From sequence record NZ_CP110908.1: 64,000 nucleotides of DNA; one strand, written 5' to 3'. The stretch comes from a plasmid. Shown piece after piece: positions 28,577 through 37,990 of this stretch (position 1 is its first letter; each line of letters opens with the position of its first letter). The notes below the pieces were generated by a model that saw only the letters and a program-made list of their open reading frames with translations, did no database searches and had not been told where the DNA came from. A program made the position numbers and the translations under genes.

Positions 28577-29959
28577 TTATTTTTGCGGGATTTCCACGGT
28601 TTTCATGTCGGTGATGTACACATTATCGAGCGTGTAACCGCTGGTCATGATGCGGCGGAAGCGGTACGCGCCATGCTCATCATTTTCAGCGACACCCCGG
28701 ACCGACTTATAATCAGCCGGGGTTTTCGACCATTCGGCTTTTGTCATTTCGCGGAAACCCTCCCCCGGATAGTTAACGATCGGCGGGCGTTTCGCGGCCT
28801 GTTTTGCGGCGCGGGCTTCTTCCGCAGACGGGGCTTTATAGTCCGTGATACGGTCGGGGGTCAGTGTCATGGTCCCGTTGCAGCGCATAAAGCTGTAATA
28901 CGGGGTGACAACCGAACTGACCGCGCCGTTACTTTTATTGATGCGGATGATGGTCAGCCACTCGCCCCGGCTCTGAACCTGCCCGCCCGGCTCAAAATCC
29001 TGGGTACGGGTGACCACGCCGCCGCTTTCGTCCAGCATGGCGTGTTCATAGGCCAGGCGGTTCTGGTAATGATTCAGCCAGCGCTGCTGATGGCGGATCG
29101 TGCGTTCATGATATGGGGCGGCAATGTCGCGGGCCTGTTCAAAAGTAATAATCTCATTCTCAAGCGCCGAATGCAGGGACATCTGGCCTTCGTACTGGCT
29201 TTTCTCCGGCGGGCGCGGGTATTTTTCCAGCGTGAAACAGGTGTAAATATGATCGTAATTGCTGATAAGCCGCGCCATTTTCAGATCCAGCGTCTGCGCC
29301 CGCCACATCGTCAGATATTTCTGCGCCTGTGCAATATTCCGCTCCGCCTTGCGCTTGTCCGCCTCGATTTTTCTGATACGACGGTAACGCACATCCGGGC
29401 GTTCTTTGTATTTCGCCAGACGCAGGGAGGCATGCGCCCGATCCTCCCAGTATTCCGCACGTTCAAAGAGCATCACGGCGCGTTTCATACCGTTCTCAAT
29501 ACGCTGCGCATCCCGTCGCGCGCGGCGTTCGCTGTGATGGCCTACCAGGATCGGCTGTCCGAACGGGATAACCGACGCCAGCGCATCCACCTGCGCGAGC
29601 GTCTGCTCTGACTCCCCGGCGCGTTTTTCGCTGTAGCCGCTGAAACGGTCGGCGCGTTGCTCCTGACGGTCAAACAGGGTGTTGTCATCGTCTTCAATAT
29701 CTCCGGCAAGAGACAGAAGCACGTCCTCACGGGCTGGCGTCCAGGCTGGCGCGACAAACAGTTTCTGTTTCGGCGCCCAGCGAAAACCCACGGCGTGGAT
29801 CTTCTGATACGTTTCATCATCCAGACGCAGCGCGGCATACAGGCGCAATTTGTTGTCATCCGGGGAGTATGTCGCCCGGTACGACTGCACGGGGCTGTCT
29901 TCAGACGCGGGCGGCGGGGTGATGCTGGCAGTCAGTGCCAGTGCGGTAGTCTGTGTCAT
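28577..29959 (-). CDS. Hypothetical 460-aa leading-region protein, co-oriented with and directly upstream of the methyltransferase
   Basis: Long ORF with a basic/coiled-coil central region. No family recognised. Confidence 0.55.
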   Translation of the reverse strand: MTQTTALALTASITPPPASEDSPVQSYRATYSPDDNKLRLYAALRLDDETYQKIHAVGFRWAPKQKLFVAPAWTPAREDVLLSLAGDIEDDDNTLFDRQEQRADRFSGYSEKRAGESEQTLAQVDALASVIPFGQPILVGHHSERRARRDAQRIENGMKRAVMLFERAEYWEDRAHASLRLAKYKERPDVRYRRIRKIEADKRKAERNIAQAQKYLTMWRAQTLDLKMARLISNYDHIYTCFTLEKYPRPPEKSQYEGQMSLHSALENEIITFEQARDIAAPYHERTIRHQQRWLNHYQNRLAYEHAMLDESGGVVTRTQDFEPGGQVQSRGEWLTIIRINKSNGAVSSVVTPYYSFMRCNGTMTLTPDRITDYKAPSAEEARAAKQAAKRPPIVNYPGEGFREMTKAEWSKTPADYKSVRGVAENDEHGAYRFRRIMTSGYTLDNVYITDMKTVEIPQK

Positions 29960-30010
29960 GTGAGTTTCTCCTTCCTGTGGTTGCCGCCCCTCGCGGGGCG
30001 GCTCACCTCA

Positions 30011-30241
30011 TCAGTTAAATGCGCGTTTCAGTTCAAGCGTGCGGAGTACCTGCCCGTAGGCGGTATTTGTCATCGCGGGGATATGTACCCCGCGCCCCTT
30101 GCGGATACGTCTGGCGATGTGTCGCCCGAATGCCTTTAACGCGGGATTAATTTCTGATGCCGAAATATCGGCCCGAATGATGCGCGTATGACGGCGGGGC
30201 TTTACAGCCTCTGCGGAAGGTGAAACAATAGTTACTGTCAC
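30011..30241 (-). CDS. Hypothetical small basic protein (76 aa)
   Basis: ORF only. Confidence 0.3.
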   Translation of the reverse strand: MTVTIVSPSAEAVKPRRHTRIIRADISASEINPALKAFGRHIARRIRKGRGVHIPAMTNTAYGQVLRTLELKRAFN

Positions 30242-30333
30242 TTTAGTTAACTCCTTATGGTAGTTAATGAAGCCGTAAAAACCGTTACAGCGATTTTTAC
30301 GGCGTGGGAAAAGCAGGGTTTACCCTGCTTTTT

Positions 30334-30561
30334 TCATGTCTGCGGGTTGCTGCCCGTTCCTTCTGCCTCCTTCTGTACTTTGTCCGTAATGTCTTCGGGG
30401 TCGCCTAAAAACCAGCCGCTGACGGGTTGATAACGTTCGATAAATGCCCTGACAGCCCGCTTTCCGGTCACGGCGCGGATACGGGTAAACATCGGTATAA
30501 CGCCCTGTGCATCGCGTCCGCTGAACGCAATCTGATAAACACGCATCGCCTGAGCCTGCAT
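30334..30561 (-). CDS. Hypothetical small protein (75 aa), first gene downstream of repeat copy B
   Basis: ORF with upstream GGAGG. Confidence 0.35.
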   Translation of the reverse strand: MQAQAMRVYQIAFSGRDAQGVIPMFTRIRAVTGKRAVRAFIERYQPVSGWFLGDPEDITDKVQKEAEGTGSNPQT

Positions 30562-30584
30562 TTTTCTTCCTCCTGGTTTTTAAA

Positions 30585-31098
30585 GAACATCACCCGTTGA
30601 GTTTCGGGAGCCGCGGTGTTGACGTTTGCGGGAACCTGCTGCGCTGCTCCCTCTGGTATTTAACTTCACCCGTTTGAGAACCTTCGCCGCAGGGGCGTAA
30701 ACGAGCACGGGCGATGGCAGCCGTCCTGGGCGCGGTTTACCGCGTGCCATTTACCCTGGACGGCTGACAGCGTTTGTGCTTGTCTCAGCCCGGGCGAAAG
30801 GGGCTTAAACGGTGAAAAGGCACCAGAAGTGGATGAGAGCAGGGGCCCGCCGCAACGTCGGGGCGCGGCACGCGAAACGGCGTTGCGCCTTACAGCCCGG
30901 CAGCCTTACCGCCGGGGTGCGAAAAGCGCAGGAAACGGCGCGCCAGGGGCGGCGTGACCGGAACGGTCGCAGCAAGCCTGCCGTTGACGTTGCGACAGCC
31001 TGGGATGGAAACCCGCTGCCCGAAGGGCCGGGCAGAGACAGCGTAGCTGGCTCAGTGCGAAGCATGACAGCCCCGGTTCCCGTCAGGGAAGTCGCCCG
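30585..31098. repeat. Leading-region repeat family 1, long copy B (about 400 bp similar to copy A plus the 125-bp module seen at 21921-22045)
   Basis: Direct sequence comparison. Confidence 0.5.
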
Positions 31099-31138
31099 TC
31101 GTCAGCGAAATCCGTCAGGAAATATCGGCAGCAGGATG

Positions 31139-31190
31139 AAAGGAAACAGGAACAGGAACAGGAACAGGAACAGGAACAGGAACAGGCAAC
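31139..31190. repeat. Hexanucleotide microsatellite (AACAGG)x~8
   Basis: Perfect tandem hexamers. The homologous position at about 27760-27785 has only 2-3 units. Confidence 0.9.
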
Positions 31191-31295
31191 GTATTATCAC
31201 CGGCAGAAAAAAACCTCACACACTGGCCAGAAAAAACTATCACCCGGCATGAGAAAAATCCGGCCAGCGACAGGCAGAATGCTTCAGGACTGAAG

Positions 31296-31553
31296 CTACT
31301 TTTTAACCTCATCCTCTTTTCTGGCATATTCCGGGGCATTTTTGTCAGGCAGCTGCTCACTGAACTGACGGTAATAGTGCAACCGCCCCCAAAAATACGC
31401 TCTGAGATGTTCAGGCAGTTCTCTGACCACCAGTTCAGCGACCACCGGCATAGCCAGCCTTTCTTTATACGCCACGCCTGAAGCGACCAGGTCAATGGCC
31501 ACCTTATCCTGCTCTTCTTTCGATGTTGCGGCGAGATTAAATCCGGACATCAT
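31296..31553 (-). CDS. Hypothetical protein (~85 aa from [14 protein letters not shown])
   Basis: ORF. The N-terminal extension in the track is probably spurious. Confidence 0.35.
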   Translation of the reverse strand: MMSGFNLAATSKEEQDKVAIDLVASGVAYKERLAMPVVAELVVRELPEHLRAYFWGRLHYYRQFSEQLPDKNAPEYARKEDEVKK

Positions 31554-31785
31554 ATACTCCGACAGAAAGGGAAACCGGCGGTAAGTGTACGCAATCTGAG
31601 TCAGGGGGGGAAAAGGACGGGGAGCGGCGCGAAGCGCGGCACGAGTCCTTCCTCCCGCAGGCGCCAGCCTGCATGGTTTTTCGCGCGGGCTGACAGGCGG
31701 CATAACCACCTGCAATCATGCTTACCTGCCCTGTCCTCCCTGTAAGATAAAGTGACCGCCGATGTACACGGCGCACTAATATCTG

Positions 31786-32220
31786 TCAGTAGTTCCCTTC
31801 GGTCTGGTTATGGTGAGGAATATTTGCGGAAAGCAGGTATCGCAACGTATCCAGTGCGGCTTCTTCTTCGGCGGCCCTGTCCTGCGTCTGGTAACGCGGA
31901 AGGTTCATTCCGGCTTCCATCAGGGGCAAAAGCGTGCGCAGCATATCTTCAGGGATGGCAATCTGGCGCGGGGGACGCTGTGCGACTAACTCGCGCAATA
32001 CGCCCTCAACAAAGTTCTGGCCAATACCATCACGCCAGAGCGAATCACTGTCCGACTCGCCAATGGCGCGCAGTACGGCCTGTGTGTCATCAGCGGTCGG
32101 GTTAAACTCCGCCCCCACTTCGCGCACATCGTCTTCACACCAGACGATGACGGCTATCTTTTCGTTGTTCTCGTACACTTTCAGTAAGTCGCAGCAGATG
32201 GTGCTGACGGTTCCGTACAT
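31786..32220 (-). CDS. MYGT-family leading-region protein, paralog 1 (144 aa)
   Basis: Shares the MYGT N-terminus and a VPADLL/IPEDML core with 33967-34371 and 34427-34846. Confidence 0.5.
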   Translation of the reverse strand: MYGTVSTICCDLLKVYENNEKIAVIVWCEDDVREVGAEFNPTADDTQAVLRAIGESDSDSLWRDGIGQNFVEGVLRELVAQRPPRQIAIPEDMLRTLLPLMEAGMNLPRYQTQDRAAEEEAALDTLRYLLSANIPHHNQTEGNY

Positions 32221-32285
32221 AACAGTCTCCCTTAAATAAATGAATGTCGCTTACAGCGGGGCGGCATCGCCGCCCCGTCGGTTAA

Positions 32286-32714
32286 TCAGTCGAGCGCGGC
32301 ATAAATGGCGGTGCATTCAGGGTGAAACGTAATGTGATTCCAGAGCTGGGTATCACGCAGCATGTACAGGCGTGTGAGCGCGGCATTGCCGCAGTCGTGA
32401 TGTGTCCAGCAACGGCGGTTAATGGCAAGCGAGGTCAGAATAATCCCGGCGGCGTCGGCGCTGACGGTACGATCAAACCAGTTTTCACCGTTGATCATGT
32501 GTACCCGATCGCAGTCGGGCATCATGTACCCGCCGCCTTCCGGCAGACGGATGAAATGCCAGGTAACGCCGCTGTATTCGGGCATCCATTTTTTCGCCAG
32601 GGCATACACCTGTAATTCAGCCAGCATAAAATCGGTGCCGAACATGTACGGCAGGAAAGACAGGCGGTCGGATTCTTCGACGTTAAGGGTGTGCTGACGT
32701 GTAGCTAACTGCAT
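32286..32714 (-). CDS. klcA: KlcA/ArdB-family antirestriction protein
   Basis: 142 aa. ...[25 protein letters not shown]... Typical KlcA size and motifs. Confidence 0.75.
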   Translation of the reverse strand: MQLATRQHTLNVEESDRLSFLPYMFGTDFMLAELQVYALAKKWMPEYSGVTWHFIRLPEGGGYMMPDCDRVHMINGENWFDRTVSADAAGIILTSLAINRRCWTHHDCGNAALTRLYMLRDTQLWNHITFHPECTAIYAALD

Positions 32715-33131
32715 GGTAAACCTCCGTAATCACATGGTCTGCGACACCGGGCGGTGCCGTGCATCCAGACCAGTCGGGCGATCGGGCGTGGATACAAGGG
32801 CGCAAGGGAAGCCGCAGCCTGACGCGCACGGCAGACTGGAGCTGAAGGGTGAGACCGTGAAACCTGAGCGGTCGAACGACCGGAAGATAACGGCTGACGT
32901 GAAGGAAGGACCGGGTGACCGCCGCGTGCACTTTACCCTTGTATCCACGACAGCCCGACTACGATGGATGCACGGCACAGCCCGCACACGGCTCCGGACT
33001 GACAGAGCGGAAAACCACCAGGCCACGTCACACCGGGACGGGGCCGCCATAAAAGCGGAGCCGGCGACATCCTTTTCAGCTTCTGAGTCACCGGCGGATA
33101 AAAGAAGGGGTTTCCCCCTTCCCTCCCTGAC

Positions 33132-33899
33132 TTAATCCCCGATGGGGTCTGTGTTGCGGACCTCGTTCAGCACATCCCGCAACACGCGACGGTCAAACCA
33201 GCGGCGGACCGGTTCCCCCGGGAAACGCAGAAGATCGGTCATCACTCCGGCCGCTTCGATTTCCTCCCGGGACTCATTCACCAGGGTGAGCAGGACCGGA
33301 CAAAACCGCGCACCCCGGACCAGTATGCCGTCCAGCACCTGATCCAGCCGTTCCCCGTCCTCACTGTCCAGCCAGTTGTCGTGCTCGTATTCGTCCGCAA
33401 CCAGTCGCCAGTCTCCGAAACGTTTTTCCATCAGCCGCGGCGCGGCAGACGGCACCAGAGCCGCCGCGATGCGCTTCGCGTCCTGACGAACAATGTCACA
33501 GATCCGGTCAATGAAATCTTTCAGGAAGGCCAGCAGGTCCCCGCATTCGGCTTTTGTCAGCCATTCCTGCGCATACGGCAGACTGATACAGGTAAAATCA
33601 GTCAGGGCTTCGGGCCGGGGATAAGACTGAGCCGGATACAGATGCAGCCGGGCGGGCGTACCTGCCAGCCGTTGCGCGCTGGCGGTCAGCAGTTTCGCCC
33701 GTCCGTCATTCAGGGCCTGGCACAACCGGGTTGTCAGCGCCAGGATCTCGTCTGCATCGAGCACGCCACTGGCGAACAGCCAGCCGGGTACGGTTTCGGG
33801 CGCGACGGGCGTCATACCAACTGAGTCGGGCCAGCCGGACCGGCGCAGCAGATTGTCACCGTGGCGCAGAATGAGGGCGTTCAGGGTATCGTTATTCAT
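33132..33899 (-). CDS. Hypothetical protein (~255 aa from MNNDTLNALILRHG)
   Basis: ORF with ATG at 33899. No family recognised. Confidence 0.4.
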   Translation of the reverse strand: MNNDTLNALILRHGDNLLRRSGWPDSVGMTPVAPETVPGWLFASGVLDADEILALTTRLCQALNDGRAKLLTASAQRLAGTPARLHLYPAQSYPRPEALTDFTCISLPYAQEWLTKAECGDLLAFLKDFIDRICDIVRQDAKRIAAALVPSAAPRLMEKRFGDWRLVADEYEHDNWLDSEDGERLDQVLDGILVRGARFCPVLLTLVNESREEIEAAGVMTDLLRFPGEPVRRWFDRRVLRDVLNEVRNTDPIGD

Positions 33900-33966
33900 G
33901 GTTATTCTCTCTGTATACTGTACGGGAAGTGTCGCCCCGTCAGAACGGGCGGGGCGGTCGGTCACA

Positions 33967-34371
33967 TCAGGCGGCCAGGAGCTGCCTGAGCCACGTAATA
34001 TCGGCCTGGGCATCAGCCACGGACGGGTAATGCTGGCTAACAAGCGGCCAGGCCCGGGCGTCCTCTGCGTCCAGCGCCAGCCCCGCGACGTCAGTCAGGC
34101 GGGCCAGCAGATCAGCGGGAACGATGACGGTCGGGATGTCGGCCCGTAATCCGGCATACATCTCCTGGACCGTGCGAAATGTAATACCCTCTTCGGTATG
34201 GCCGGTCACGCTGCCGATTTCCTGCAAAATCGCAGCGGCCTCGCTTTCCGTCATGTTTTCCACCTGGGCCATTACGTCCTGCTTCGTCCAGACCAGCAGG
34301 GCAAAGTGATCATTGTTGCCAAACATACGTTTCAGCTTTTTATTCAGTTCCTTACGGGTGCCGTACATCAT
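33967..34371 (-). CDS. MYGT-family paralog 2 (134 aa)
   Basis: MMYGTRKEL...TVIVPADLLARL... Confidence 0.5.
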   Translation of the reverse strand: MMYGTRKELNKKLKRMFGNNDHFALLVWTKQDVMAQVENMTESEAAAILQEIGSVTGHTEEGITFRTVQEMYAGLRADIPTVIVPADLLARLTDVAGLALDAEDARAWPLVSQHYPSVADAQADITWLRQLLAA

Positions 34372-34426
34372 GATCTTATGTTCCTCTGAGCAGATTCAGT
34401 CCACGCCGCCGGGGCGGCGTGGGTAT

Positions 34427-34846
34427 TCAGTTTTTCAGTAAGGCGCGCACTTTCGCCGTATCAGCCAGGCGGCGGGTCACGCTGTCCGGGACCGGGTGGT
34501 TGCCGTCGCGGGCGGTCCATTCCCTGTGCCATAACGCCTGTTCGGCGGTCGTCAGCAGGGTTTCAAGCAGGTCAGCCGGCACCATCACCGCCGGAACGGC
34601 CTGTTTCACCTGATCAATCAAATCCATGACCGCACTGGCAGACACGCCCGACTCAAGCCGCTGTTCTTCCGGTATGGCGTCCAGACGCGCCAGAACGTCC
34701 TTTATGTCCTGTTCAGACACGGCACATTCCATGCCGTCGGCCAGCGCTTCGATATCCGCCGGGGACCAGACAACCAGGTTCAGCGGGGTTTCTGCGGGAT
34801 ACTGCTCACTCAGCAACCGGCAGAGGGTTTCACAGGTTCCGTACAT
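34427..34846 (-). CDS. MYGT-family paralog 3 (~139 aa)
   Basis: AAGGAG RBS. MYGTCETL...VMVPADLLETL... Confidence 0.5.
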   Translation of the reverse strand: MYGTCETLCRLLSEQYPAETPLNLVVWSPADIEALADGMECAVSEQDIKDVLARLDAIPEEQRLESGVSASAVMDLIDQVKQAVPAVMVPADLLETLLTTAEQALWHREWTARDGNHPVPDSVTRRLADTAKVRALLKN

Positions 34847-34856
34847 GTTTTTCTCC

Positions 34857-35078
34857 TTAGTCCTTAAAGCAGGTATCCAGCTCAAGCATTTCGTTGTACG
34901 CCGCCATAAACAGGGCATTGATGCGGAAGAGCGTCTGACGAGCCAGGCGTTCGGTCAGCACTTCGGAATCAAAGCGATAGCGGTGCTGCATGTCGTTCAG
35001 CGCGTCCCGCAGGTCACTCATGTTGTTGGCCAGTTCCGCCACGTCTGCGCGGAGTTTTTCGTGTCCGGCATAGTTCAT
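34857..35078 (-). CDS. Hypothetical small protein (73 aa)
   Basis: ORF overlapping the methyltransferase start. Confidence 0.3.
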   Translation of the reverse strand: MNYAGHEKLRADVAELANNMSDLRDALNDMQHRYRFDSEVLTERLARQTLFRINALFMAAYNEMLELDTCFKD

Positions 35079-35758
35079 TACGCGGCCTCCGGATAAAAGA
35101 CGTCGTTGGCTGCCGGGCGCTGCATGGCGCGCTGCACGGATGACAGGCGCTCAATTCCGGCTTTGTGGTACTGCTCCATCAGCTCAATCCCGATATAACG
35201 GCGCCCTGCCTGGACGGCGGCCACACAGGTGGAGCCGGAACCGGCAAACGGATCGAGAACAATGGCGTTCGGGTGTGTGAAGCTCTCGATCAACGGTTGC
35301 AGACTGGTCACGGGTTTTTCGGTCGGATGGTGACGGTTGCCGCTGTATTTCCAGCCCAGAACATCCGGTAACGGGTCCGGCGGCAGCGCCGGACGGCCTT
35401 TCGCCAGGATATAGGCGCATTCATGGCGGTAGCCGACATAGGCCGATTTCGACGAGTAGGTTTTGGTGAAAACCAGATGCCCGACCACGCTGAACCCGGC
35501 GCTTTTCCATGCGGCCATGAAGCGATCGACGCGGTTCCAGCCGTAGAAGCTCACCATCAGCGCGTCTTTTTTGAGGACGCGATACATCTCATTGCAGGCT
35601 GGTTGGAGCCATTCATCGGTTTTGTCACCGGCAATACTGCGGCCGGAACGGTCACGGAACCCGACCAGATACGGGGGATCGGTGAGAATGAAATCAACGG
35701 CACGCTCCGGAAAGCCGGACATAATATCGACGCAGTTACCCAGGATAAAACGGGACAT
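35078..35758 (-). CDS. Orphan DNA methyltransferase (beta-class: DPPY then FAGSGST)
   Basis: Motif IV DPPY is N-terminal to motif I FAGSGS. Typical leading-region orphan N6A/N4C methyltransferase. Confidence 0.8.
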   Translation of the reverse strand: MSRFILGNCVDIMSGFPERAVDFILTDPPYLVGFRDRSGRSIAGDKTDEWLQPACNEMYRVLKKDALMVSFYGWNRVDRFMAAWKSAGFSVVGHLVFTKTYSSKSAYVGYRHECAYILAKGRPALPPDPLPDVLGWKYSGNRHHPTEKPVTSLQPLIESFTHPNAIVLDPFAGSGSTCVAAVQAGRRYIGIELMEQYHKAGIERLSSVQRAMQRPAANDVFYPEAA

Positions 35759-35760
35759 AG

Positions 35761-36045
35761 GGACACCTCGTGGTTACAGGGGGCACCCAGGAGGACGTCG
35801 GTACGACGTCCGTTCCCTGCTGCCCGGAGCCTGTACGCCGCGACCGGTAACGGGTCAAGCTGACCGTGGAATAACGAGCCGACAGTCCCCATCATCGGCG
35901 AGCTTATGCCGCGAAAGCAGCTTGAAGGGCGCTCCTTAAAGTGCGAGTGGATGGCGTAAAATCACAGCGACGCCGGACAGGAGCGGAAACGCCGCCCGTC
36001 CCGTGTCCGTCCGGGCGCGGCACACTGGCTCCGGGCAGTGGATAT
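35761..36045. repeat. Leading-region repeat family 2, copy 1 (structured leader immediately upstream of the methyltransferase gene)
   Basis: About 285 bp, ~85% identical to 37451-37740. Contains hairpins gccgaca...tcggc. Confidence 0.5.
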
Positions 36046-36134
36046 CCCCGCGCCCCGCGCGGCATGGATGCGGAGCAGCGCGACATCATTATTCCGGCCT
36101 GAAGTACCGGGCAGTCGGCCTGCCCGGTCTTCCG

Positions 36135-36551
36135 TCAGCGGGTAATATCCCGCCAGTCGTTCCCCCACTCATCGTGCAGTCGCGGCATATCCGTTGAGCC
36201 GGTCACTGTCCACGCATCGAGGAACTTCAGCCCGCGCAGGATACTGTTTTCCACGTCATCGAGCAGAATAATGCTGTTAAACCAGACCACGCCTTCGGGG
36301 AACTCCCAGCGATGCCGGTCATCCTCGCGTCTCAGCGATGGCCACCAGGTGCGCCCCATTTCCAGAATGCCCGCTTCAGCCTGCGCCAGGTCACTCGCGG
36401 AAACCAGGTAATACACCATCATTTCAGTGCCACCGATGTCGACGCTCAGGCCAACAAGCCAGGTATTCAGATTTAATTCCATGTTATTCCGGGCGGTTTC
36501 CCGCCCGCCTCCGGTCAGCCGCCAAAATGCGCCACGTTGTTGATAATCCAC
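36135..36551 (-). CDS. Hypothetical protein (~115 aa from MELNLNTW)
   Basis: ORF track. Overlaps the following gene. Confidence 0.35.
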   Translation of the reverse strand: MDYQQRGAFWRLTGGGRETARNNMELNLNTWLVGLSVDIGGTEMMVYYLVSASDLAQAEAGILEMGRTWWPSLRREDDRHRWEFPEGVVWFNSIILLDDVENSILRGLKFLDAWTVTGSTDMPRLHDEWGNDWRDITR

Positions 36552-37450
36552 TCCGGGCCGATCACATCAGGGAAGCTGTCCTCATCGTCCGGGTCAGCCT
36601 CGCCCCATTCCAGCTCGTCAGTGATGTACACGTCCGTTTCGCCGCTGACGTACCGGGCATAACCGCAGTAATTGCAGCCCTGCTCCGCAAACCAATGCTC
36701 CACTTCACCGCCATATCGCTGACTGAGTTCAGCCACAACGACCTCGCCAACCGGACTCCAGGGGGTGTCAAAATCCACCGTCAGCGTGTTCTCTCCGGCG
36801 AAACAGATATTTGACTCATAACCGACCGGCCACTTGCAACCGTACCGGGTCAGATAGTGGTCATATGACGACGGGACACCCGTCAGCAGGCCACCGTTGA
36901 AGCCGTTCACTTCAATATCCAGGCGCGTCGGCAGGACATCACGCAAATCCACTGGCTCTGCGGCAAACAAATCATCACCAGCATCGCACAGGCTGTTCCA
37001 CCATTCCTCCACCGGCGCAGGCCGGAAACTGTTTCCCCAGTCAAAAGATTTTTGCTGGTACAGCTGCCGGATGACTACCTGTTCCGGTTCACTGAGGGTA
37101 GCCCAGCGGGCATGCCCGATATGGCTGTCCAGCCAGCACTGATGCAGCGTCTGGCAGGTTTCCACATCCAGCACAGCTCCGGCCATAAACATCGCCAGCC
37201 AGTCGCTGTATGCCTGGGCTGAAGCCCGGTTGTCTGCGGCCATCCCGTGAGCAACCAGTTGCGGGTATGGCGTGTAACACAGTTCTGTCAGGGGGCGCAG
37301 TATCCCCGCACAGCCTGCCAGGAAAAGCTGAATACCGTCTTTTCTGGCGCGGCGATGCAGGGACAGCCCGCCTCCGGCAATCCACGTTTTGAGGGCATCA
37401 CTGTTTTGAATACCACTGAACATCAGTCGGTTGGCACACCAGTTCGGCAT
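36515..37450 (-). CDS. Hypothetical 311-aa protein with acidic C-terminus
   Basis: Long ORF directly downstream of repeat family 2 copy 2. Confidence 0.5.
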   Translation of the reverse strand: MPNWCANRLMFSGIQNSDALKTWIAGGGLSLHRRARKDGIQLFLAGCAGILRPLTELCYTPYPQLVAHGMAADNRASAQAYSDWLAMFMAGAVLDVETCQTLHQCWLDSHIGHARWATLSEPEQVVIRQLYQQKSFDWGNSFRPAPVEEWWNSLCDAGDDLFAAEPVDLRDVLPTRLDIEVNGFNGGLLTGVPSSYDHYLTRYGCKWPVGYESNICFAGENTLTVDFDTPWSPVGEVVVAELSQRYGGEVEHWFAEQGCNYCGYARYVSGETDVYITDELEWGEADPDDEDSFPDVIGPEWIINNVAHFGG

Positions 37451-37740
37451 GGGAAGCTCCTTACACAGTCAGGGTGGGCAGGAGGCATCACCGCGATACC
37501 GTTCCCTGCCGCACGCTGCCTGTTCGTCGCGTCCGGTAACGGGTCAACGCCGACCGTGGAATAACGAGCCGACAATTCTCATCGTCGGCGAGCTTATGCC
37601 GCGAAAGCGGCTTGAAGGGCGCGCCTTAAACTGGCGAGGGTATGGCGTAAAATCACAACGACGCCGGGCCTGAGCGATAAAGACGCCCGTCCCGTGACAG
37701 GCCGGACGCGGCACACTGGCAGCGGGTGGCAGTCAGCAAC
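37451..37740. repeat. Leading-region repeat family 2, copy 2
   Basis: Homologous to 35761-36045. Confidence 0.5.
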
Positions 37741-37955
37741 AGGCGGGCAGGAATGGCCGTGGTGATCAGAGGATTTATGGGAAGGGAAAACACCAGAGAG
37801 GGAGCAGATGACATACCAACAGTTCTGCGCCGGTCCTCCACAGGGTTATTAACCGATTCTGTGGATAACCTGACATCTGTTTTTCCAGGCAGAACAGTTA
37901 CCTGACGGGAAACAGCAAAATTTCACTTGCAGGACAGGAAATATCTTAAATAATA

Positions 37956-37971
37956 CTGTATATGCAAACAG
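37956..37971 (+). promoter_or_regulatory. LexA (SOS) box CTGTATATGCAAACAG upstream of umuD
   Basis: Matches the CTGT-N8-ACAG consensus, 20 nt upstream of the umuD ATG. Confidence 0.6.
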
Positions 37972-37990
37972 GTGTTTTAAGAGGTATGCC

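Noticed and set aside
28583-29611. 342-aa + strand ORF
   Set aside because: Antisense to the 460-aa minus-strand ORF. The minus-strand ORF is longer, has a start/RBS, and fits operon polarity.
31115-31495. 126-aa minus-strand ORF containing PVPVPVPVPV
   Set aside because: The repeat peptide is just a translation of the (AACAGG)n microsatellite in noncoding leader DNA.
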